10,523 nt of DNA from a bacterium (GTDB lineage: Bacteria; Zhuqueibacterota; Zhuqueibacteria; Oceanimicrobiales; Oceanimicrobiaceae): NCBI GenBank assembly GCA_046757525.1, contig JBHHYI010000143.1, forward strand, positions 1 through 10,523, read 5' to 3'. Positions 1 through 7,282 of the stretch are shown here, piece by piece (position 1 is the stretch's first letter; each line of letters starts with the position of its first letter). Under the pieces are notes generated by a model. That model searched no databases and was not told the origin of the DNA. It saw only the letters and a program-made list of their open reading frames with translations. The translations under genes were made by a program, and so were the position numbers.

Positions 1-66
1 ACACCGAAGAACACTGAATTCTTCTGATTGGTAATCGAAAGCTGAGTCGGGTCTTTCGGTGGGGCA

Positions 67-99
67 AGAAGGTGACCTTTTTCAAAAAGGTCACCTTCT
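67..99. repeat. Perfect 16-bp inverted repeat (33-bp palindrome); REP-like element or bidirectional terminator
   Basis: AGAAGGTGACCTTTTT (67-82) - C - AAAAAGGTCACCTTCT (84-99) are exact reverse complements. Intergenic. A related palindrome occurs at 10504-10522. Confidence 0.8.
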
Positions 100-142
100 G
101 AAGAGTGCCAACGGACCGATCCGCGCAGCCCCTAAAATCCTA

Positions 143-171
143 TTGCTTTTTGAGAATTTATTCTTTATTAT
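143..171 (+). promoter_or_regulatory. Putative sigma70-type promoter of the acyl-CoA carboxylase/mutase cluster
   Basis: TTGCTT (143-148) - 17 nt - TATTAT (166-171) in an AT-rich stretch about 47 nt upstream of the ATG at 219. Confidence 0.6.
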
Positions 172-218
172 TTTAAGATTGGTTTTCACAAGCAACGTAG
201 TGACAAGATTGGAGCCTC

Positions 219-1769
219 ATGGCCATTCCAGATAAAGTTGCACATCTGCGCAAACGGAAAGGCGAAGCGTTGTTGGGTGGCGGACAGAAGCGCATCGACG
301 CCCAGCACAAGAAGGGCAAGCTCACCGCCCGCGAAAGACTCGACTTGCTCCTGGATGAAGACAGTTTTCAGGAAGTGGACATGCTGGTGCAACACCGCTT
401 CCGCGACTTTGGTTTAGAGAAACAGAGATATTACGGCGATGGCGTGGTTACCGGACATGGGCTGATCGACGGTCGTCTGGTTTTTGTGTTTTCGCAGGAT
501 TTTACCGTGTTAGGTGGGTCGCTTTCCGAGGCTTACGGTCAGAAGATCTGTAAGATCATGGACATGGCCATGAAGGTCGGTGCACCGCTAATCGGCTTGA
601 ACGATTCAGGCGGCGCGCGCATCCAGGAAGGCGTCGTAAGTCTGGGGGCTTATGCCGACATTTTTTTGCGCAACACTTTAGCTTCCGGAGTGATTCCGCA
701 AATCTCGGCCATTCTGGGGCCGTGCGCCGGTGGTGCCGTTTATTCGCCCGCCATCACTGATTTCATTTTGATGGTCAAGGGTACCAGCTTCATGTTCGTC
801 ACCGGTCCGGAAGTGGTAAAGACCGTTACCCACGAAGAGGTCACCTTTGACGAATTGGGTGGTGCGCAGACCCACGCGAGCAAGAGCGGCGTGGCCCATT
901 TTATGGCTGAGAACGAAGTTGAGTGTCTGCAAGCCATCCGCAGGTTGCTGAGTTTCATGCCGCAAAACAATCTCGAAGACCCTCCGCGCGTTGCATGTAG
1001 CGACGACGTCGATCGCATGGACCCGCAATTGCTCAGCATCGTGCCGGACAATCCCAACAAACCGTACGACATGAAGGAGATTCTCGCCCGGGTGTTGGAT
1101 GACCAGGAGTTTTTCGAAGTGCATGAGAGTTTTGCCCAAAACCTCATCGTAGGCTTTGGACGGCTGAATGGCCGTTCTGTGGGACTGGTAGCCAATCAGC
1201 CGGCCGTGTTGGCCGGTGTGTTGGACATCTCTTCTTCCATCAAAGGGGCCCGCTTTGTGCGCTTCTGCGACGCGTTTAACATTCCCATCGTGACCTTTGT
1301 CGATGTGCCTGGCTTTTTACCCGGCACCGATCAGGAATGGCGCGGCATAATCAAAAACGGGGCCAAATTGCTGTACGCGTTCTGCGAAGCCACGGTGCCG
1401 AAGATCACCGTAATTACGCGCAAAGCCTACGGTGGTGCCTACGACGTGATGAGTTCGAAACATATTCGCGGCGACGTCAATTATGCCTGGCCCTCGGCCG
1501 AGATTGCAGTGATGGGACCAAAGGGTGCCGTGGAAATCATCTTCAAAAAGGAGATCGAGCGCGCCGAAGACGTGCAAGCCACCATCGAACAAAAAGTGAT
1601 CGAATTCAGGCAGAAATTTGCCAATCCTTACATTGCCGCCGGACGCGGGTATGTGGATGAAATCATAGAACCGCAAGAGACCAGACCCAAACTCATCCGC
1701 TCTTTAGAGTTGCTGGAAAACAAAGTGGACACCAATCCACGCAAGAAGCACGGCAATATTCCGCTGTGA
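219..1769 (+). CDS. pccB: Acyl-CoA (propionyl-CoA-type) carboxylase, carboxyltransferase beta subunit
   Basis: 516 aa. [64 protein letters not shown] and C-terminal KKHGNIPL are hallmark PccB/MmdA motifs. GGAG SD at 211-214. Confidence 0.95.
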   Translation: MAIPDKVAHLRKRKGEALLGGGQKRIDAQHKKGKLTARERLDLLLDEDSFQEVDMLVQHRFRDFGLEKQRYYGDGVVTGHGLIDGRLVFVFSQDFTVLGGSLSEAYGQKICKIMDMAMKVGAPLIGLNDSGGARIQEGVVSLGAYADIFLRNTLASGVIPQISAILGPCAGGAVYSPAITDFILMVKGTSFMFVTGPEVVKTVTHEEVTFDELGGAQTHASKSGVAHFMAENEVECLQAIRRLLSFMPQNNLEDPPRVACSDDVDRMDPQLLSIVPDNPNKPYDMKEILARVLDDQEFFEVHESFAQNLIVGFGRLNGRSVGLVANQPAVLAGVLDISSSIKGARFVRFCDAFNIPIVTFVDVPGFLPGTDQEWRGIIKNGAKLLYAFCEATVPKITVITRKAYGGAYDVMSSKHIRGDVNYAWPSAEIAVMGPKGAVEIIFKKEIERAEDVQATIEQKVIEFRQKFANPYIAAGRGYVDEIIEPQETRPKLIRSLELLENKVDTNPRKKHGNIPL

Positions 1770-1836
1770 ATTACCTTAATAGTAGAGCAGTTCTTCCAGG
1801 ATTTCACTTGTTAACATTAACCAAAGGAGGATCGTT

Positions 1837-2037
1837 ATGGCTGTTGCAAGAGTAACTGAAATAACCGCCGCCTCGAGTGCGAGCTTTCAAGAGGCGTTCC
1901 AAGCCGGCATAAACCGAGCAACGTCCACGTTGAGAAATATAACGGGGGCAGAAATCGTTTCGCAAAAGGCAAAAATAGAAAATGGCAAAATTGCCGAGTA
2001 TCGCGTGACCATGAAGGTAACATTCATTCTCGAGTAG
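1837..2037 (+). CDS. Dodecin family protein (Trp-less variant)
   Basis: 66 aa with dodecin pattern (V.EI...S..SF..A...GI.RA..TLRNI...ENGKI.EYRV.MKVTF.LE). Strong AAGGAGG SD upstream. Confidence 0.88.
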   Translation: MAVARVTEITAASSASFQEAFQAGINRATSTLRNITGAEIVSQKAKIENGKIAEYRVTMKVTFILE

Positions 2038-2113
2038 TTGAGGCCTCATCCTGATGAAGGACTGCTCTATTAACTAAATCGACAAATTAGCAGATCAATT
2101 GAGAGGGGAATCG

Positions 2114-2467
2114 ATGCAATTTCAAGAAGAAAAAAGGGGGGACGTGTTGATTTTCAAAGTCTCACATCCGCGGCTCGACAACAGCCTTGCGCCTGATTTC
2201 AAAACGCAAATGCTAAGTCTCATCGAGAAGAAGGCTGAAAAGAAAATACTGATTGATTTAGCCAGCGTCGAGTATGTGGATAGCTCGGGCTTGGGAGCCT
2301 TGTTGTTTGGTTTGCGGCAGGCTAAAGCAAAATCGGGCTTGTTGAAATTGCTGCACACCAATCAAAAAGTGAGCAACCTGCTTCGGATTGCAAAACTGGA
2401 AAAGGTCCTGGAAAGTTTCGAAGACGAGCAACAGGCCGTCGAAAGTTTTCGCGTGGAACATGTCTAA
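2114..2467 (+). CDS. STAS-domain anti-sigma factor antagonist (SpoIIAA/RsbV-like)
   Basis: ILIDLASVEYVDSSGLGAL phospho-Ser motif. ATG 2114 preceded by GAGGGG SD and preferred over the TTG at 2099. 117 aa. Confidence 0.92.
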   Translation: MQFQEEKRGDVLIFKVSHPRLDNSLAPDFKTQMLSLIEKKAEKKILIDLASVEYVDSSGLGALLFGLRQAKAKSGLLKLLHTNQKVSNLLRIAKLEKVLESFEDEQQAVESFRVEHV

Positions 2468-3989
2468 CAGATTGTTTCGTAAAATCCTCATCGCCAACCG
2501 GGGGGAAATCGCCGTTCGGGTTATTCGTGCCTGCCGGGAGCTGGGGATTTCGCCTGTGGCTGTTTACTCTGACGCCGATCAATTTTCTCTACACGTGCGC
2601 ATGGCCGATGAGTGTTACTACCTCGGCCCGCCGCCCTCTGGTGAAAGCTATCTGGTACAGGACAAGTTGCTCGAGGCCGCGGGCAAGGCGGGTGCCGAAG
2701 CCATTCATCCTGGCTACGGTTTCTTAGCCGAAAACGCTGAATTTGCCCGGCGCGTCACCGAGTCTGGCCTGGTATTCATCGGGCCGCCGCCATCGGCCAT
2801 TGAACTGATGGGGGACAAAACGGTTGCGCGCAGCCGCATGTTGCAGGCCCAGGTGCCGGTGGTGCCGGGCACGGAGCAGGCGGTACCGGACGAAATCGCT
2901 GCTGAGCAAGTTTCTGCCGAATTGGGATTTCCGGTTTTGTTTAAAGCCGCAGCGGGCGGCGGCGGCAAAGGGATGCGCGTGGTCCATGAGGCCGCTGAGA
3001 TTGCCTCCGCGTTCAGGGCGGCCAAATCTGAAGCTGTTTCAGCCTTCGGGGACGGTCGAATCTACGTCGAAAAGTATTTGGAGGCTCCCCGTCACATCGA
3101 GTTTCAGATATTGGCCGATTGCCACGGCCACGTCGTCCATTTTGGCGAACGCGAATGCTCCATTCAGCGCCGCCACCAAAAGGTGGTTGAAGAGGCGCCC
3201 TCCACGTGCCTGGACGAGGCGCTCAGGTTGCGGATGGGGCAAGCGGCGGTTAAGGCGGCACAAGCGTGTGGCTACCAAAATGCCGGCACCATCGAGTTCA
3301 TGGTGGACAAAGACCGCAAATTCTATTTTTTGGAGATGAACACGCGATTGCAAGTGGAGCACCCGGTCACCGAAATGGCCACCGGCGTGGACCTGGTGAA
3401 GGCGCAGATTCGGATCGCTGCTGGCGAACCCTTGCGTCTGGACCAGGAAGCTATTCGCTTCAATGGGCATGCCATCGAGTGCCGCATTTATGCAGAGGAC
3501 CCGTTCAACAATTTCTTGCCCTCCACGGGCACGATCACTTATATGATGCCGCCCTACGGTCCAGGGGTGCGGGTAGAGAGTGGTTTTTATGCGGGATCGG
3601 AAGTGTCGGTCTATTACGATCCGCTGATCTCCAAATTGATAACCTGGGGCAGGGACAGACAGGAGGCTATTGCCCGCATGAAGCGCTCTTTGGAGGAGTA
3701 CCAAATCCTCGGGGTGGAAACTTCCATCCCATTTTGCTTGATGGTCATGAATAATGAAAGGTTTATTTCTGGCAGTTTCGACACCCATTTTGTGGACACC
3801 GAATTCTCGGTTGAACAGAATTCTGGAGCAGTGGACGCTGATGGCTTACAGGCTGAGACAGCCGTTTTAGGTGCGGCCTTGTTTGAGTTTCAATTCAACA
3901 AGAAAAGGCAGCCAACCATTACGGCCGAATCCAATGGCCAAAGCAGTCCCTGGAAAATAGCCGGTCGTCGGTACAATCTGAGAGATTGA
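2460..3989 (+). CDS. accC: Biotin carboxylase subunit of acyl-CoA carboxylase (no fused biotin carrier domain)
   Basis: KILIANRGEIAVR, HPGYGFLAENA, GGGGKGMR, ERECSIQRRHQK, EMNTRLQVEHPVTE and YYDPLISKL motifs. Likely start is ATG 2460 (MSNRLFRK), overlapping the STAS stop by 8 nt. Confidence 0.95.
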   Translation: MSNRLFRKILIANRGEIAVRVIRACRELGISPVAVYSDADQFSLHVRMADECYYLGPPPSGESYLVQDKLLEAAGKAGAEAIHPGYGFLAENAEFARRVTESGLVFIGPPPSAIELMGDKTVARSRMLQAQVPVVPGTEQAVPDEIAAEQVSAELGFPVLFKAAAGGGGKGMRVVHEAAEIASAFRAAKSEAVSAFGDGRIYVEKYLEAPRHIEFQILADCHGHVVHFGERECSIQRRHQKVVEEAPSTCLDEALRLRMGQAAVKAAQACGYQNAGTIEFMVDKDRKFYFLEMNTRLQVEHPVTEMATGVDLVKAQIRIAAGEPLRLDQEAIRFNGHAIECRIYAEDPFNNFLPSTGTITYMMPPYGPGVRVESGFYAGSEVSVYYDPLISKLITWGRDRQEAIARMKRSLEEYQILGVETSIPFCLMVMNNERFISGSFDTHFVDTEFSVEQNSGAVDADGLQAETAVLGAALFEFQFNKKRQPTITAESNGQSSPWKIAGRRYNLRD

Positions 3990-3990
3990 T

Positions 3991-4953
3991 TTGAATAATA
4001 ATTCCATCACAGAAGAGCTGTTGCGCGGCAATCGGAGGGCGTTGGCCAAATCCATTTCGCTGGTGGAAAACGAAGACGCCCAGGCGGCGGAGATTTTGGA
4101 TGCCGTCTATTCGAAGATCGGACGGGCCTACCGCATTGGCATCACTGGACCGCCTGGCGCCGGCAAAAGCACGCTGGTGGACGCCTTGACCAAGCATTAC
4201 CGCAAACAGGGCAAGACGGTGGGAATCATCGCCGTTGACCCCACCAGTCCTTTTACGGGCGGTGCTCTGTTGGGAGACCGAGTGCGGATGACGGACCTCA
4301 GTTTGGACGATGGCGTCTTCATTCGCAGCATGGCTACGCGTGGCAGTTTGGGGGGGCTGGCCAGGAACGCCGGCGACGCTGCGGACATTTTGGACGCTTT
4401 TGGCAAGGATTATGTGATTCTGGAAACCGTGGGCGTCGGTCAATCGGAGCTTGACGTGGTCGAAGCCGCCGACAGCACGGTGGTGGTCCTGGTTCCCGAA
4501 TCCGGCGATGCGGTGCAGGCCATGAAGGCCGGTCTCATGGAAATCGCAGACCTTTTCGTCATAAACAAAGCTGATTTGGCTGGCTCAAGCAGAGCTTTCC
4601 AGGAGATTCAAGCCATGCTGCAATTGCGCGAGAGCAGCGACTGGCACCCTGAAGTCTTAAAATCCGTGGCCAGTACGGGTGAGGGCATCGAAACAATTGC
4701 CGCTGCCATTGCAAAGCACCGGAATTACCTGGAGGAAAAGAATATCTTAGAAAAAAACAGGAAATCCCGTTTGGTTAAGAAAATCTATTCCATCGTTCGC
4801 TTTCGTCTTGAAAAAGCGTTCTGGGATGAAACTACCCAACAGATATTGCATAAAAACATAGAGGGCGTGCAACACTTGCAGGCATCGCCCTATGAAATAG
4901 CCGAGCAGCTTCTGGTCGACTTCAAGAGAAAACTGGAGAAGAATTATGAATAA
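3991..4953 (+). CDS. meaB: MeaB/ArgK-family GTPase, B12-dependent mutase chaperone
   Basis: [13 protein letters not shown]-loop, [62 protein letters not shown] start 1 nt after the accC stop. Confidence 0.95.
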   Translation: MNNNSITEELLRGNRRALAKSISLVENEDAQAAEILDAVYSKIGRAYRIGITGPPGAGKSTLVDALTKHYRKQGKTVGIIAVDPTSPFTGGALLGDRVRMTDLSLDDGVFIRSMATRGSLGGLARNAGDAADILDAFGKDYVILETVGVGQSELDVVEAADSTVVVLVPESGDAVQAMKAGLMEIADLFVINKADLAGSSRAFQEIQAMLQLRESSDWHPEVLKSVASTGEGIETIAAAIAKHRNYLEEKNILEKNRKSRLVKKIYSIVRFRLEKAFWDETTQQILHKNIEGVQHLQASPYEIAEQLLVDFKRKLEKNYE

Positions 4954-6613
4954 CGGCGAGATGCAAAAAATAAAAGAGGCAAAACTGCTTTGGCAGCAAA
5001 AGCTCAAGGAAGAAACCAATAGCCGTCAAGCAAAATTCGTGACGACCTCCAGTGAGCCCATCGACATACTTTATACTCCTGATGACAATGAGAACCTGGA
5101 TTTTTTCAGGGATATTGGTTTCCCTGGAGAATTTCCTTACACCAGAGGCATTCACCGCAATATGTATCGAGGGCGTTTGTGGACTATGCGTCAATTTGCA
5201 GGATTCGGTACCGCCAGGGACACCAACCAGCGCTTCAAATACCTACTGGAGCAAGGACAAACCGGCCTTTCAGTTGCCTTCGATCTGCCGACTCTGATGG
5301 GCGTGGATTCAGACGATCCCAAAAGCGACGGCGAGGTCGGCGTCTGCGGCGTCGCCATCGACTCCTTAGCCGACATGGAGGTTTTGTTTGACGGCATACC
5401 GCTGGATAAGATAAGCACTTCCATGACCATCAATTCTCCGGCGGCAATTCTGCTGGCCTTTTACATTTGCGTGGCTGAAAAGCAGGGCGTGGCGCAGGCC
5501 GACCTCCGAGGTACGTTGCAAAACGACATCTTGAAAGAATACATTGCACAAAAAGAGTTCATTTTTCCGCCCAAGCCTTCGATGCGAATTTTTGTGGACT
5601 CTGTGGAATACTGCACCAGGCAGGTGCCTTTGTGGAACACGGTGTCCATAAGTGGCTACCACATTCGCGAGGCCGGTTCAACGGCCGTCCAGGAGCTTGC
5701 CTTTACCCTTGCGGATGGTTTTGCCTATGTGGAAGCCTGCATGGAGCGTGGCCTGGACATCGATGCGTTTACCCCGCGATTCTCTTTTTTCTTCAATTCA
5801 CATATCGACTTCTTCGAAGAGATCGCCAAATACCGCGCGGCCCGTCGTATTTTTGCCAAGAGAATGCGCGACAAGTATGGCGCCAAAGACGAACGCTCCT
5901 GGAAGCTGCGATTTCATACTCAAACCGCCGGCTGCTCCTTGACCGGTCAGCAGCCGGAAAACAACGTCGTGCGCACGGCTTTTGAAGCCCTGGCTGGCGT
6001 GCTGGGCGGGACGCAATCCCTGCACACCAATTCACTGGACGAGACCTGGGCTTTGCCTTCGGAGTGGGCCGCGAAAATAGCTCTGCGTACGCAACAGATC
6101 ATCGCACACGAAACCGGTGTGGTCAATACCGTCGACCCTCTGGCCGGCTCTTACTTCGTTGAAAAGCTGACCGACCGTATGGAAAAAGGCGCTGAGGAAT
6201 ATTTCCAAAAGATCGATGCTTTGGGCGGCGTCATACCTGCCATCGAGAAGGGGTTCTTTCAAAAAGAGATAGCGGCCGCCGCGCGAAAATATCAGGACGA
6301 GATTGAAAAAAAAGAACGCATCATCGTCGGGGTCAACGCTTACAAGGAGCCTGAGGAAAAATTGGCGATTCCCATCTTGAAAATCGATCCGGGGGTCGAG
6401 AAGGAACAACTGGCCAGTCTGCGAAAAGTCAAAGACGGGCGCGATCAGGCACCGGTTGAGGTGTGTTTAAGGAGGCTCAAACAGGCGGCAAAGGATGGCT
6501 CTAATTTGATGCCTCATTTCATCGAGTGCGCCCGTGTTTACGCCACCCTTGGTGAAATGGTTGCGGTTTTGAAAGAGGAATTTGGCGAATATCGAGAACC
6601 AGCGATATTTTAA
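4946..6613 (+). CDS. icmA: B12-dependent acyl-CoA mutase large (substrate-binding) subunit, methylmalonyl-CoA mutase family; isobutyryl-CoA mutase-like
   Basis: 555 aa stand-alone large subunit: [62 protein letters not shown]. Specificity positions are Phe84 and Gln202 (ICM-type). GGAG SD at 4935-4938. Family call is secure; the substrate and gene symbol are inferred. Confidence 0.85.
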   Translation: MNNGEMQKIKEAKLLWQQKLKEETNSRQAKFVTTSSEPIDILYTPDDNENLDFFRDIGFPGEFPYTRGIHRNMYRGRLWTMRQFAGFGTARDTNQRFKYLLEQGQTGLSVAFDLPTLMGVDSDDPKSDGEVGVCGVAIDSLADMEVLFDGIPLDKISTSMTINSPAAILLAFYICVAEKQGVAQADLRGTLQNDILKEYIAQKEFIFPPKPSMRIFVDSVEYCTRQVPLWNTVSISGYHIREAGSTAVQELAFTLADGFAYVEACMERGLDIDAFTPRFSFFFNSHIDFFEEIAKYRAARRIFAKRMRDKYGAKDERSWKLRFHTQTAGCSLTGQQPENNVVRTAFEALAGVLGGTQSLHTNSLDETWALPSEWAAKIALRTQQIIAHETGVVNTVDPLAGSYFVEKLTDRMEKGAEEYFQKIDALGGVIPAIEKGFFQKEIAAAARKYQDEIEKKERIIVGVNAYKEPEEKLAIPILKIDPGVEKEQLASLRKVKDGRDQAPVEVCLRRLKQAAKDGSNLMPHFIECARVYATLGEMVAVLKEEFGEYREPAIF

Positions 6614-6629
6614 CTCTGAGAGGAACTCT

Positions 6630-7043
6630 ATGGAGAGAAAAATTAGAGTATTGGTCGCAAAACCAGGGCTGGATGGTCACGACCGCGGCGCTAAGGTCAT
6701 TGCCAGTGCCATGCGCGATGCTGGCTTCGAGGTGATCTATTCGGGACTGCACCAGACACCGGAGATGATCGTGGAAGCAGCGTTGCAAGAAGATGTCGAC
6801 GTGATAGGTCTGAGCATCCTTTCAGGCGCGCACATGACCATCTTCCCCAAAATAAAAAAGATGATGGAGGAGAAGGGCTTGACAGACGTGTTGTTGACCG
6901 GTGGTGGCATCATTCCCCCTGAGGACGTGCAAACGTTGGAAAAAATGGGAATCGGAAAGCTGTTTGGCCCGGGTTCTAATACCGGCGATATTGTAGCCTA
7001 TATTAAGAAATGGATGGAAACTAATCGGCGTGAAGGTCGTTAA
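6630..7043 (+). CDS. Cobalamin-binding small subunit of acyl-CoA mutase (IcmB/McmB-like)
   Basis: [11 protein letters not shown] (DxHxxG base-off/His-on motif), [17 protein letters not shown] 6630 with GAGAGG SD. 137 aa. Confidence 0.95.
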   Translation: MERKIRVLVAKPGLDGHDRGAKVIASAMRDAGFEVIYSGLHQTPEMIVEAALQEDVDVIGLSILSGAHMTIFPKIKKMMEEKGLTDVLLTGGGIIPPEDVQTLEKMGIGKLFGPGSNTGDIVAYIKKWMETNRREGR

Positions 7044-7082
7044 ACTTACATTATTTGAAAACTGCTATCGGTCAATAAAACA

Positions 7083-7190
7083 ATGACAGCTCAAATCATT
7101 CATAACCTGGATCTTAACGGCAACTCTGCCGCCTTTGAGTGGCGTTGTTGTTGCTGTATCTGTTTTTTTCCACGGGATGGTGGGTTATGA
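7083..7190 (+). CDS. Putative cysteine-rich attenuator leader peptide, 35 aa: MTAQIIHNLDLNGNSAAFEWRCCCCICFFPRDGGL
   Basis: Translated by hand: ATG 7083 to TGA 7188-7190, with Cys codons TGT TGT TGC TGT (7146-7157) and TGT (7161-7163). Lies directly upstream of a terminator and cysteine synthase. No SD; A-rich upstream. Confidence 0.8.
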   Translation: MTAQIIHNLDLNGNSAAFEWRCCCCICFFPRDGGL

Positions 7191-7239
7191 ATGATTGCTA
7201 ATCTCTAAAACACGACTGAAACAAATCATGGCCCACATC
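7176..7239 (+). promoter_or_regulatory. Putative antiterminator helix of the cys attenuator
   Basis: GATGGTGGGTTATGA (7176-7190) pairs with TCATGGCCCACATC (7226-7239): 14 bp with two G-U pairs and one bulged G. This sequesters the 5' arm of the terminator. Confidence 0.7.
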
Positions 7240-7266
7240 AATATTTTGACTGTGGGTTTTTTGTTT
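7231..7266 (+). terminator. Intrinsic (attenuator) terminator upstream of cysM
   Basis: GCCCACA-TCAA-tatt-TTGA-c-TGTGGGT followed by TTTTTGTTT. The stem can be extended by TGAAACAAA (7217-7225) pairing with TTTGTTTCA (7260-7268). Ends just before the AAGGAGG SD (7271-7277). Confidence 0.8.
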
Positions 7267-7282
7267 CACGAAGGAGGACTAC

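Noticed and set aside
1..34. Possible 3' end of an upstream gene (e.g. TPKNTEFF* in frame 1)
   Set aside because: All three + frames stop within 34 nt, so frame and identity cannot be determined.
1809..1824. TGTTAACA palindrome upstream of dodecin as an operator
   Set aside because: Only 8 bp in AT-rich DNA, with no second copy and no regulator nearby.
2032..2067. Imperfect hairpin after the dodecin gene (GAGTAGT...ACTGCTC with inner TCATC/GATGA)
   Set aside because: Multiple bulges and no U-tract, too weak to call a terminator.
2388..2459. ORF-track N-terminal extensions of accC (2388), STAS (2099), mutase small subunit (6582) and mec (8181)
   Set aside because: Downstream ATGs (2460, 2114, 6630, 8247) match family N-termini and have SDs or stop/start coupling.
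3039..3788. 249-aa minus-strand ORF and other long antisense or alternate-frame ORFs (e.g. 678-1139, 2824-3339, 3919-4443, 9165-9797)
   Set aside because: They lie within well-conserved genes and show no recognisable motifs, as expected for shadow ORFs from codon bias.
7083..7190. Cys-rich peptide as a RiPP precursor or metallothionein modified by the E1-like enzyme
   Set aside because: No RiPP maturase, transporter or recognition domain is nearby. The antiterminator/terminator geometry ahead of cysteine synthase is explained better by attenuation.
7044..7282. SAM riboswitch, T-box or cobalamin riboswitch
   Set aside because: Could not find their conserved sequence cores (S-box AUC..GAG/GCAACC, T-box UGGNACC, B12 box), and the region is occupied by the leader ORF.
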